Assembly (NCBI RefSeq): GCF_964204645.1
Contig: NC_134034.1
Span: forward strand, 8,010,962-8,074,961
DNA: 64,000 nucleotides
Direction: 5' to 3'
DNA from: Tubulanus polymorphus
Taxonomy: Eukaryota; Animalia; Nemertea
Every line of letters starts with the position of its first letter. Position 1 is the stretch's first letter. Both the position numbers and the translations under genes were made by a program. Positions 39,156 through 50,676 of the stretch are shown piece by piece. The notes beneath the pieces are model-generated. The model saw only the letters and a list, made by a program, of their open reading frames with translations. It was not told the DNA's origin and did no database searches.

Positions 39156-42100
39156 TCCCAAAAATCACGACATGAAAAATCTGCAAATCATATAAAAAAT
39201 GTAATAGATTTTGAAACTCCAGAAAATTCCAATGAAAGAAAAGAACGATTAGAAAATATGAATGTGGATGAAATAAAATGTGAAGTTTGTAATGAATTTA
39301 TAATAAAAAGGAATTATAATAGACATCTCAAATCACAAAAACATTATAAAAATTTAAATAAAAATGTTTTAGGATCAGAATATTTTGATAATAAACCTCA
39401 ACAAGTAAAAAAATCAACTTCAAAAACTAAATCCATTTCAAATAAACCTTACATGGAAAATGTTAGAAATTATATTGATTCACTAGAAATAAAAGATACA
39501 ATTGAAATTTTAGAAACATTACATAGTAAAATTGGTCCTGCAGCTATTATATTTAGATTTTTTAAAGGTACAACAATAGAAGATTATAGTAAATTTAATG
39601 AAATAATAGAAAAAATACTGGATTTGATAACAGATGTTGAATATCCAAAAATTAGTATCTCTGGGAAAGTAAGTTTTATAAAGTCAGAAGAAAAGATGAA
39701 TTATAATATTCAAACACTCTCTGAAGAAATAATTTCAAAAACACAAATAAAAGAGAAGTTAGAAAAAATATTAAATGAATTTAAACGTCATATTGAAGAA
39801 AGATATTTTGAGGGTTCTGGCTTAACATTGAATGAAATAATATATTTAGATTTAAATGTTTATAATACAAAAAGAAATAAAACATCAAAAAGTAATAAAA
39901 TGTTTAAAAATGATTCAAACTTTACAACAGAAAAGGATATTAAAGCATCATCTTATATTAAATTACCATTTATAACAAAAGCAGTAATAAATATTCAAAA
40001 TGAAGATAATAAATGTTTTCTATGGTCAATTATTAGTTGCTTACATCCATCACAGGAAAATGTTTGTAGAATAACAGATTATCGGAAATATGAAACATTA
40101 TATAAAATTGATCAATATCCAGTAACTATAAAAATGATTCCTAAAATAGAAAAAGTTAATAATTTAAAAATAAATGTATTCGAATTAATGCAATTACCAA
40201 AGACAAAAGGTGAAAATATTAAAGATTATACACTGGAAGCTTTATATTTAACAGAATATTATGATGATGAAAATGCTATAGATTTGTTATATTATAAAAA
40301 AGATGAAAATGAACATTATATGTGGTTAAAACAAATTGATTTATTCTTTAGAACAACAGAAAGTGATCATCATCGTAAAATTTATCTATGTAGAAAATGT
40401 TTATCTAAATTTATGACTGAGAATGCGTTACTAAAACATAAAGAATTATGTGATAATAAAGATTTTTGTAAATTAATAATACCAACAGAAAAAGATTATA
40501 AATTGAAATTTACTAATCATAAATTTAAGAATATTGTTCCATTTGTAATTTATGGGGATTTTGAATCGTTGAATAAAGAATTAACTAATCAAGATAGAAA
40601 AGAAATATATAACAAAAAGCAATTATTAAAATCAATGGATAAAGGAAATGAATTAAATGAAGACACAATACAAGACCCACCAATTATAAATACAATTAAA
40701 AAAGTTCATCAAAGAGCTGCTGCTTATGGAATTTATATAAAATCAAATTATCCTGAATTATATGAAAGTCAATATATTTCTTTTAGAGGTGAAAATGTAG
40801 TTAATGATTTTTGTGATAAAATGATTGAATTAGAAAGTGATTTTGCAAAATTATTAAACAAAAATAAAAGAATAGTTACGTCAAAAGAAGATGAAATTGA
40901 TTTTATTATGCAACTCATTGTTGTTATTGTGAAAAACGTTTTTATTCATTTGATAAAAAGTTAGAGATCATAATCATTTGAATTCAAAATATCGTGGAGC
41001 TGCTCATGAAGATTGCAATTTACAAGCTAAAAAAGTAAATTTCGTACCAATATTATTTCATAATTTATCAGGATATGATACCCATCTATTTATAAAACAA
41101 TTATCGGGAAAATTGGGCGCAATTAATCAAGAAATAGAAGAATATAATGCTATGAATGAAGCAAATGTAAGAAAATATGATTTTGAACTATTAGCTAAAA
41201 CATCTGAAAATTATATTTCATTTCAATTTGGTTGCATTAGATTTTTAGATTCTTATAGATTTCTAGCAAGTTCATTAGATAATTTATCAAAAAGTTTAGT
41301 TGATAATGATTTTATAATAACTCGATATTATTATCCAAATGACCAAGATTTTAAATTATTGAGATATAAAGGCGCAATTCCTTATTCATTTTATAAAACA
41401 CACAATGATTTTAATGTAACAGAATTATTAAAAGATCAATTTTATGATCAATTAAAAGAGGAGTATGTGAAAGACGAAGTTTTTAATAGAACATTAAATA
41501 TTTGGAACCATTTTAAGATGAAAAATCATGGCGAATTAGTTGATTTATATTTAAAATCAGAGGTTATGATATTGGCTGACATATTTGAAAAATTTAGAGA
41601 AGTTAATTTGAATCATTTTAATGTTGATCCTTGTTATTGCTACTCTAGTCCTGGTTTAACCTGGCAATGTGGTTTAAAATATACAAATGTAGAATTAGAT
41701 TTATTAAAAGAACCAGATATGGTTTTATTATTTGAAAAATCAATTAGAGGTGGAATTAGTGGTGTTATAGGAGATAGATATTTTAAAGCAAATGATGAAT
41801 ATAAATTATTATATATTGACGCCAATAATTTATATAGTTGGGCAATGATGCAACCTCAACCATATAAAAATTTTATATTAACAGAAGTTGAAAATGGTGA
41901 TAAAACTGATTGGGAAAGCGCAATTGCGAGTTTAAAAGATGAAGCACCAATTGGTTATTTCTTTGTAGTTGATTTAGAATATCCTGAAAATATAAAGTTT
42001 TAAACAAGAAACTTACCTTATTGCCCAGAACATTTAACTGTAGATGATAGTTATTTAAGTGAATACCAGAAGAAAATAAAACCGAAAGATCATGTTTTTA

Positions 42101-44134
42101 CAGAAAAATTAATACTTACTCAAAATAATAAATACAATTATATTGTTCATTATAGAATGTTAAAATTTTATCTAAAACAAGGAATGAAATTAAAGAAAGT
42201 ACATAGATATATTGAATATAATCAATCGAAGTGGTTAGAAAAATATATAGATTTCAATACTCAACAGAGAACCATATCAAAAACAGATTTCGAAAAAGAT
42301 TTTTTTAAATTAATGAACAATAGTTTTTATGGTAAAACATGTGAAAATATTAGAAATAGAAATGATATTGAATTAGTAAATAATTCTGAAAGATTAAGAC
42401 ACCTACAATCAAGTCCTAGACATTTAGGAAATAAAAGATTTGAAGATTATTTAACAGCAGTTAAATTAAAAAGAACATCAATGAAATTTAATAAACCTAT
42501 ATTTATTGGTTCGACTGTTTTAGAAGTATCAAAATTATTAATGTATGATTTTTATTATAATGTTTTACAACCACTTTTTGGGGAAAAGCATATTGAAATA
42601 TTATATTTTGATTCTGTAACAGCTGACACCCCAATATTATTAAAATGTAATAATAAAATATTGGTAAGAAGAATTTCAGAAATAATTCCAAAACAAAATG
42701 AATGTTATATTTCATATGGTGAAAAAGAATTAATACAAATAAATGGATTAATGGATGTTTGGACAAGAAATGGATGGAAAAAATTAAAGAATATTATTAG
42801 GCATAAAACAAATAAGAAAATCTATAGTGTTAGAACTAAATTAGGATTTGTAGATGTTACAGAAGATCATAGTTTAATTAAACGAAATGGTGATGAAATA
42901 AAACCAACTGATATAAAAATTGGAGATGAATTATTACATAAAAGATTTTTCCAAAGAATGAATCATATGTCATTTGATGAAATTATTGATAATATTTATA
43001 ATATAGAACCCGAAACATTGGAAGACAAAGAATATTTTATCAAAGGATTTTTCATGGGCGATGGTTCAGCAGGTGTGTATAATTATGTTTGGGGTAATAA
43101 ATATTGTTGGTATTTATGCAATCAAGACTTAAAATTATTAGAAAGAATTAAGAAATTCTGTGAAGAAGTTTATTCACATAAAACATTTAGAATCATGGAT
43201 GTTATGAAATCATCAGCAGTTTATAGAATACTTGTAAATAATCCTAAAGATTTTGCTATAAAATATAATAATGAATTCTATATTCATGCAATAGTGAAAA
43301 GTAATACTTCAACAAAAGAAAAGATAGTTCCAGATTATGTATTAAATGCAAAAAATAATTTAAGAAAATGGTTCTTCATTGGGTTCTATGCTGCAGATGG
43401 TTCAAAAAGTTTCAAAAACCGCAAAACAATATCTTTAGCTCAAAAAAGGAAAAGTTGCTATATCAGGATTGAATATATTATGCAATTCATTAGGTTTTAA
43501 TATGAATATTGGATTTATTAAATCTAAACCAAATTACTTTAATTTAAGCCATGTAGAAAATGAGTTAACAGAAGAAGTTAAAGATTTATTTGAAATATAT
43601 AACCCAACAGATTATGTTTATGATTTATCAACTGAGGATGGTACATTTAACTGTGGATTTCCATTAATAGCGGTCAATACTGATGCGTACATACTAAAAA
43701 TCAAGACAAATGACATAACAAAAGACTTAAAAACATTAAAACATCATTTTGATTTTAGCAATTATCCCAAAGATCATGAACTATTTAGCAATGATAATAA
43801 AAAGATTCCTGGTAAATTTAAAAATGAATTAGGGGGTGATGAAATGATTGAATTTGTTGGGATACGAAGTAAAATGTATAGTTACAGAACAAAAGATCAT
43901 GAAGCTAAAAAGTTAAAAGGAATAACAAAACATGTGGTTGATAAACATATAGAATTTCAAGATTATATAAAGTGTTTATATAAATCAATTGTAATGAAAC
44001 ACAAAATGAATTGTTTAAGATCAGAAGATCATGAGATGTATATTAATGAAGTTGAAAAAAATAGTTTAAATCCATTTGATGATAAAAGGCATATTTTAGA
44101 TGATGGTATAAAAACATTACCTTATGGTTATTAA
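39069..44134 (+). pseudogene. polB: Protein-primed family B DNA polymerase with N-terminal zinc fingers, an EndoVII-like insert and an intein; three lesions
   Basis: Exo I YGDFES, RDHNH...YRGAAHEDCNL, Exo II FHNLSGYD, motif A YIDANNLY, motif B KLMNNSFYGK, motif C YFD/TD split by the intein, KMYS and KKLKGI. Frameshifts near 40901 and 43445; in-frame TAA at 42001. Confidence 0.95.
42613..43678 (+). other. Intein with LAGLIDADG homing endonuclease inserted in PolB motif C
   Basis: YFD|SVTADTPILL (block A), VDVTEDHSL (block B TxxH), IKGFFMGDGS and FIGFYAADGS (LAGLIDADG blocks C and E), YVYDLST (block F), IAVN|TDAY (block G, +1 Thr). Confidence 0.93.
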
Positions 44135-44186
44135 AATGGGTCTATATCATCAAACTCGAAATCACTATTGGCTTCTTCATTTTCAT

Positions 44187-45443
44187 TTAATTGTTTAGGT
44201 TCTTCCATTCCATTTTTTTTTCATTTAAATAAAGTTCTATCTTGTTCCACATTTCATCTCGCTCTCTTTGTTTCTTTTTGTTTGTTAATTCGTCAAATGG
44301 AATTATAATATCTAGGTTTAAATAATTTACAATCTTATTTAAAAAGAATTCATAATTTATTGAATCTGTTATTCTATTTTCCAAATGATACATTAATATT
44401 TGTTTAAATATTTTTTTTATATTTTCCATATCTTCTTCTGTTAATTTAGGTTTTTCATAATAATCGTTAAATAATGAATATAAATACATTTTCTTTTGTT
44501 TTGTGTTAAATGTTGACGGAATAATTGTATTTATAATATCTTTTTTAGTTATTTCACCATTTTTATTTTCTATTATTTTCATTTTTTCAAGCCATTGCAT
44601 ATATTCTGGTGTATGATCTTCTATAGAAAATATTTTAAAAATTTCATCAAGATAATTTAATTTTGGATCTATGAGAAAATTTCTAGTTTTTTCTTCACCC
44701 CATAAATTCTTTTGCCATCCACAATCAACACAAAATAACACAGTACCTTCTTGCCTTAAGGTCGCATAAATACATTGTGGGCATTTTTGTTTATAATTTA
44801 TTGGTAATAGATCTTCTTTAAGCTCTTGGTATTTTCTTACGTTTTCTTTATGTTTTATTGTTCTATTATGTAGATTTGAATTACTTGTTGTAATAATCAA
44901 TTTACAATATTTACAATAATATGTTTTTCTTGTTAATTCATTATATTGTTTTTCTAACTTTTCAACTGTTTCATTATTATCTGGTAACGTTTTCTCATAT
45001 TTTATTTTTTCTAATAAATTATTTTTTCTTTCATTAAATTCAGTTTCAAATTTATTAGAAATTTTATCTATATGTACTTTACGAAATTGATGATTCTCCC
45101 AATCTTCTATATTTTCAGGGCTATATTTTATTCGACAAGGCTCACAGAAATGATCTTTTATATTATCCTTATCATAGAATAAGAAAGGTCTTTTCCAAAT
45201 AACTTCAGGTTCAACTTCGGCAGAATTACTATTACTTTCATTACTATCAACATTAGCCGTTGCGCCATTAATTCTACACTTCTCTGAATGTTTTTTAACA
45301 TAATTTCTTGAGAATAATTTATTACATTTTGGGCAGTTTATTTTAGGGGGTTTATAATTTTCATCATGTTTTTTCATATGTCGAGCCATATTACTTTTTC
45401 TTAGAAGTTCACCACAAATTTCGCATGCTATCTTCTCATCCAT
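44187..45443 (-). CDS. Zinc-finger protein fused to a poxvirus A2/VLTF-3-like late transcription factor domain
   Basis: About four N-terminal C2H2/C2HC fingers; C-terminal CPQC-x13-CVDC ribbon, NF...KLNYL, KIFKQI...SINYEFFLNKI and a terminal W, recalling vaccinia A2 (CxxC-x13-CxxC ... TINYSFFLDKI) as compared from memory; ORF intact. Confidence 0.75.
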   Translation of the reverse strand: MDEKIACEICGELLRKSNMARHMKKHDENYKPPKINCPKCNKLFSRNYVKKHSEKCRINGATANVDSNESNSNSAEVEPEVIWKRPFLFYDKDNIKDHFCEPCRIKYSPENIEDWENHQFRKVHIDKISNKFETEFNERKNNLLEKIKYEKTLPDNNETVEKLEKQYNELTRKTYYCKYCKLIITTSNSNLHNRTIKHKENVRKYQELKEDLLPINYKQKCPQCIYATLRQEGTVLFCVDCGWQKNLWGEEKTRNFLIDPKLNYLDEIFKIFSIEDHTPEYMQWLEKMKIIENKNGEITKKDIINTIIPSTFNTKQKKMYLYSLFNDYYEKPKLTEEDMENIKKIFKQILMYHLENRITDSINYEFFLNKIVNYLNLDIIIPFDELTNKKKQRERDEMWNKIELYLNEKKMEWKNLNN

Positions 45444-45510
45444 TTATTTAGGAAAAATTTTATTAAAATTAATTTTTAGTGATGATGGTAATTTTTTTAT
45501 GTTATAAATA

Positions 45511-46266
45511 ATGGTAGAATTAAAAGAATACAGAATATTTGTTGATTCTAGAAGACTTACTAATTATAAATCACATAATTTACTAGTACAATTAGATAGA
45601 GAATTCAAGAATTGTGTTGATTTAAAATTAATAAATATAAGTTTATGTAACTCATTTTATAATATAACGGCTAAAACTTTTGAACATAGAGACTTTTTAA
45701 TTCATATTGGAAATAAAAATAAATGGTTTCATCTATTTTTAAAACCAGGATTATAAAATTTAGAAACATTAGCCCAAGAAATTAATCAGAAAGCACGATT
45801 AAAACTTGAAAGTGAAGATAAATTTTCAATTAGATTTATAAAAAGTGATAGTTCTGATAAAATTAAAATAAAGTTAGCCAATAAACAAAATAAATTTATG
45901 GTAAACAAACCAATAGCTAAAATGTTAGGAATTAAACCGCGTATTGTTACTGGAAACGTAGAAGGTAGCTCAAATATAATACCTTACACACATTTCTATA
46001 TTTATTGTAATTTAATTGACCCAACAAAAACATTTGAAGCAAGTAAAGATACAATTTGTATTTCTGGTTTATTAAATATTTTACCATTAAAAAATGTCAA
46101 ACAATTTGGAACTCAAATAAATTATAATTTAACTGAATGTGATTTCAAACCTTGCATTCCTAAATTTAATAATTTTAAATTAGAAATAAGAAATCATAAT
46201 GGTTATTTAATTGATTTGAATAACTTTCCTGTGATATATGAATTAGTTATAAGATGTAAAGAGTAA
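45511..46266 (+). pseudogene. Minor capsid (penton) protein with one in-frame stop
   Basis: IFVDSR, NSFYNI, FYIYCNLI, LEIRNHNGYLIDLNN pattern; the two ORFs share a frame and are split by TAA at 45754. Confidence 0.75.
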
Positions 46267-46282
46267 TTTTTTCACTATATAA

Positions 46283-46528
46283 ATGAATATAACTGTTGGA
46301 CCGAGTATATGTTTTGGGTTTGATTTTAAACGTGAGAAAGAAATGAAATTTAACATTAATGATGTAATTACACAAATCAAAAATATTGTATTTTCTAATG
46401 AAACAACATTTAAGTATGAAAAAACAATAGATAAAGAAACTTTAAATGTAGAAAAGATTACTAAATTAATTAGAGAATCTTTAAGATTTTATGAATTAGA
46501 TGAAGATTTTATCATCGATGATATTTAA
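46283..46528 (+). CDS. Maverick hypothetical protein (possibly truncated)
   Basis: ORF starting at the element's conserved TAAATG motif. Confidence 0.55.
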   Translation: MNITVGPSICFGFDFKREKEMKFNINDVITQIKNIVFSNETTFKYEKTIDKETLNVEKITKLIRESLRFYELDEDFIIDDI

Positions 46529-46639
46529 AAAATAATAATTGAAATATATACAAATGAAACTAGTAATGAAATAAATGTTGAATTAATCATAAATAAGTTA
46601 ACTAAATATTTTGAAGATAGTAATTTTTTTGATTAATAA

Positions 46640-46861
46640 ATGAGTGATAATAAGTGGTTAATAACTGGATTATATAATGGAGCATTACTATCAGTTGGAA
46701 CTGTTGGTCATTCAATGGTATTAAAAAAAGTATTCAAAATGGGAAGTGTTAATGTTGATAGATTTGATATAAATGATATTTTAAAATTAACATTAGCAGT
46801 TACTTTATCTAATTTAACAATTGATTATTTGGAAAAACAAAAATATATTCCTCCCATATAA
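46640..46861 (+). CDS. Small hydrophobic Maverick protein
   Basis: TAAATG start; two hydrophobic segments. Confidence 0.65.
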   Translation: MSDNKWLITGLYNGALLSVGTVGHSMVLKKVFKMGSVNVDRFDINDILKLTLAVTLSNLTIDYLEKQKYIPPI

Positions 46862-46885
46862 ATGCATAATTTTTTTACTAAATAA

Positions 46886-47308
46886 ATGGCTTCTGCAATT
46901 ATAACTATTATAGGATCGGCAATTGTTAACGCTTTGGCATTTACTGGTGGTGGATATTTATTTAAACATTTTGATAAAAATAGTTCATTAGGAGAACAAA
47001 GAAGACATAACTTAGCATTAGAGAAATACAATAAAGCAGCAGAAGAATATAGAGAAAAGAGGCAAAACTATATGGATTATATTAACAAAGAATTATATGA
47101 TCAGAAGATTTCACATAGAGATTTTCAATCAGTTGATGATGCAATGAGTTTATATAACGCAGTAACAAATAAAGAAAAATTACATCTATACAAACCTAAA
47201 TTATCAGATTATTTTACCCCAAGTAATGAACAGAAGAAATATGAAATAATTTGGATTTTAGGTGGAACAGTTATTGTTATATTTGTTGCTTATAAGTTTA
47301 ATAATTAG
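46886..47308 (+). CDS. Maverick membrane-associated protein
   Basis: N- and C-terminal hydrophobic helices flanking a coiled coil with EQRRHNLALE; TAAATG start. Confidence 0.7.
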   Translation: MASAIITIIGSAIVNALAFTGGGYLFKHFDKNSSLGEQRRHNLALEKYNKAAEEYREKRQNYMDYINKELYDQKISHRDFQSVDDAMSLYNAVTNKEKLHLYKPKLSDYFTPSNEQKKYEIIWILGGTVIVIFVAYKFNN

Positions 47309-47329
47309 TAATTTTTTTTGCTAAATAAA

Positions 47330-47763
47330 ATGAAGATAAAGTTGATAGTATTGATATCATTCCTCATGATATAAATAAAACTAAATTAAAAATATATTTA
47401 GAAAAACAAATATTAGAATTTGAAAGTGACTTAAAGATAAAAAAGAAAAAATATTTAAAAAGTTAAATTATATATTATTTGATTATAAGTGGTTCGGTTA
47501 CAATTAGTTCTGTAATAACATTTCTAGCAATATTCAGCCCATTAACACCTTTAGCTATATCAATTGGTGTGTTAGGATTAAGTTCAAGTGTTTTAACTGG
47601 CATAAGTTCAAAATTAAATATAAAAAGTAATAAAGAAAAAATTAAAACTAATATAAAAGAAATTAATAAATTAAAGAACACACTAGATTATATCATAAGT
47701 TTAAATGGTCATATAACAGTTGAAGAACAAGATAAATTATTAAAAGAATTAATAAATTATTAA
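47330..47763 (+). pseudogene. Two-TM Maverick protein, disrupted N-terminus
   Basis: Motif-associated ATG at 47330; the open hydrophobic ORF spans only 47479-47763. Confidence 0.55.
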
Positions 47764-47779
47764 TTTTTTTATTAAATAA

Positions 47780-49168
47780 ATGGTAGATAGTTTTCCAAAA
47801 GCTTTCCAATATAATAAATCAATTAAACATAATATTCCAGCAATAGATTTTAATAAAGATATTACATATAGAAATGAAGTTTTAGATTCATTAACTAATT
47901 TAGAAATTTATGTTACTGAAAATAATAATTTTAATGCAAAGATGGAAAATATATTTCATGTATATCTAATTGATTTTAAAAAATTGAAAGATGAAAAACA
48001 GTGGTTATTAAAATCTAATATGAAGTATTGGCAGAACCAATTAAATTTTGCTGTTTATTGTGCAACAACGGGTTGTGGAATTAGTTGGAATGATCATTTG
48101 AATAATTGTAAATATAAATTAATTCAAAGTTTATTTAGATTTCATACATACTTTCAAATCAGAATAATATTAAATGAATTAGAGTGCGCTTTACCAGGAT
48201 CTAGGTATTTTAAAGAATTAGATAATAATATTAATTTATCAAAGTTTTATAAAATTTGTAATGAATTTAATATAGATATAAATAATTCTGATTTTAGAAC
48301 AAAAATTGGAACAATAAGATCACTTCCTTGCCCTAAAAAGATTGCAGAATATTGTGCACTTCCCATACCATCTAATAGTTTGTATAATATCTATAGTCAT
48401 AAATTAGGTTATGGTAAAATAGAAACTAAGGATTTAGAAACATTAAATTTCAATAAATTACCGACATTTTATGATAATTTAAAACAAGAAAACAATAATA
48501 GTTGGGTTTAATTTATTTTAGAAAATAATGAAGGTTTTACAAAATCAGGTATACAAAGAATAAATCAATCTATTAGAACTTATTTGATATGTATTCTAGG
48601 GGCACAAGTTGAAACAAGATCCCCAATAATTGGAAATTTAAATACATCATTTGATACGCAGAAACAATTCAAAGTATTATTTGAAGATTCCATACATAAT
48701 GATAAAAATAGATCGATTCCAGAAAACATTGTAAGATATCAAAATTATTTAGATAAATCACATATTAGATTAAATTATTGTATAGGCCCTAATCTATTAA
48801 TTATTTCTAATGATTTAGTATTAAAGATGGGAAATATAATTGGTTATAATAATCTAATTAAAACTGCAACAATTAATAATTCATTTGGATTGAATGATAT
48901 AAATAAAAAGATTATCACTGCTCCAAAATTAATGGAAGGTGAAAAAATTAAAAAACACATTCAATCAACAGAAACTAAAACTTAGAATATTAAATTAAAT
49001 AATGATTCTGAAATAAAAGATTATAATACTACAGAAAATATTAAAACTGATAATATTCAACATGATATAATTAAAACTGATAATGATAATAAATCCCATG
49101 AAAATACTAAATTAGCTATAACGTGTATAGGAATTGTAATCGGAGGAATATTATATTTTAAATTTTAA
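47780..49168 (+). pseudogene. Maverick protein of unknown function with C-terminal TM; two in-frame stops
   Basis: WQNQLNFAVYCATTGCG and FRFHTYFQIR; single frame with stops at 48509 and 48983, ending LAITCIGIVIGGILYFKF. Confidence 0.7.
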
Positions 49169-49185
49169 TTTTTTTTATTATATAA

Positions 49186-50652
49186 ATGGATGTAGAAGGT
49201 GGAGAAGATATTGGAATGGATAATTTTGATGAACCTGGCATAACTGATGAACAACCACCTGATTTTGATGAAACAAGTTTTAATGATGGTAATGAGCCAG
49301 AATATAATAATAATTTGAATATGCCTGATTATATTAAAAATGCTGAATCACAATTAAATCCTGAAAATTTAGACCCAGATTTAGTAAAACAAGATTTAGA
49401 TAATTTAAACAAAATACCTAAATTAGAACGTATAATTGAAAATTCTAAACTTAACATAAATGATGAAGACGTTGGACTTTTAGTAGATCAATTAAAATTT
49501 TTAGATAATGGTAAATGTTATTATCGTTTGAAAGGTGATTATTATATTGATATCACTTATAAAAATAATAAAAATAAAATATTATCAGAATCAACTTTAG
49601 AAAAATTAAAACCAGATAGAATTAAAATAATAAGTAATAGTAATGAAATAACTGATGTTACACAAAAAGAAATAGATGATAATATAGACGTATTTAAACA
49701 AAGAATTAATGAATTATTTGAAATAATCAAAAAGCAATCAGAAACAGAAACAACTTCTGAACAGAATATAACTTCCAAAAATAGTAAACTTAAATCAAAT
49801 AAAGTTCCAATTGAAAAACTTTTACCGAATGGATTAATTGATGCAACAGATCAACAATTAGAAGATTTAAATATATTTTCTGATGAAGCAATTAGAGAAA
49901 TTATTAGTATAAGAAATGAAGCTGATAAAATTGCACATAATAAAAGTATGAGATCAAAAAATTATGTATTTGGAAAAAGAATTAACTAATTTTTAACTAA
50001 TTCAAATAAAGAAATAGAACAAATAAAGTCTGATTTAGATCATCAAGTAATTGATGAAATAGAATATAGGCAAAAAGAATTACGTTTAGAAAAAGAAATT
50101 AGTAATTTAAAAGATAATTTAGAAGTACAGAAAGAAGAAATTAAATTATTATTAAAATCATATGATTATAATATTAATAGATTAAAAATTATTTTTAAAG
50201 ATTTGTTGATTAAACCAAATTCTGAAATATCATTAAAAGATAGAATAAAGTTATTATTTAAATTAGAAGGAATAACAATTCTTTCAATTCGAACAGCTGT
50301 AACTATGTTATTTACAACAATTGGTTTAGCAATATCAAATGCTTTGAAATCTACTCCTACTCCCAATAAACCGGATAAACCCCCGAATGATAATAATTCT
50401 ATACAAGATAAAGTTAAGGATGGTTCAAAGAAATTAGCAAAATATTTATGGGAACTATCTAAAAAATCTGCTGCAGCTTTACCAGAAATTATTGCATCAA
50501 TTGTATGTTTTATATTGAAATCTGCTGGGAATATTCTTAACTTTGCTGCTGAACATATTGTTTTATTTTTAATTACAGTTGTAAGTGCTATTATTTTTGG
50601 GTTAGTAAATATGATATCAAAAAGATATCAAGAAAAAAATAATAAAAAATAA
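49186..50652 (+). pseudogene. Acidic, coiled-coil protein with a hydrophobic (membrane-active-like) C-terminus; one in-frame stop
   Basis: ORFs 49186-49989 and 50203-50652 share a frame; C-terminal amphipathic/TM helices; lies just upstream of the MCP. Confidence 0.65.
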
Positions 50653-50676
50653 ATAATTAATTTTTTTGTTTAATAA

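Noticed and set aside
40895-43450. Programmed frameshifting, stop readthrough or a natural split intein in polB
   Set aside because: Single-base indels in homopolymers and scattered stops across many genes fit decay or sequencing error; TAA is also the normal stop in this element, so no alternative code
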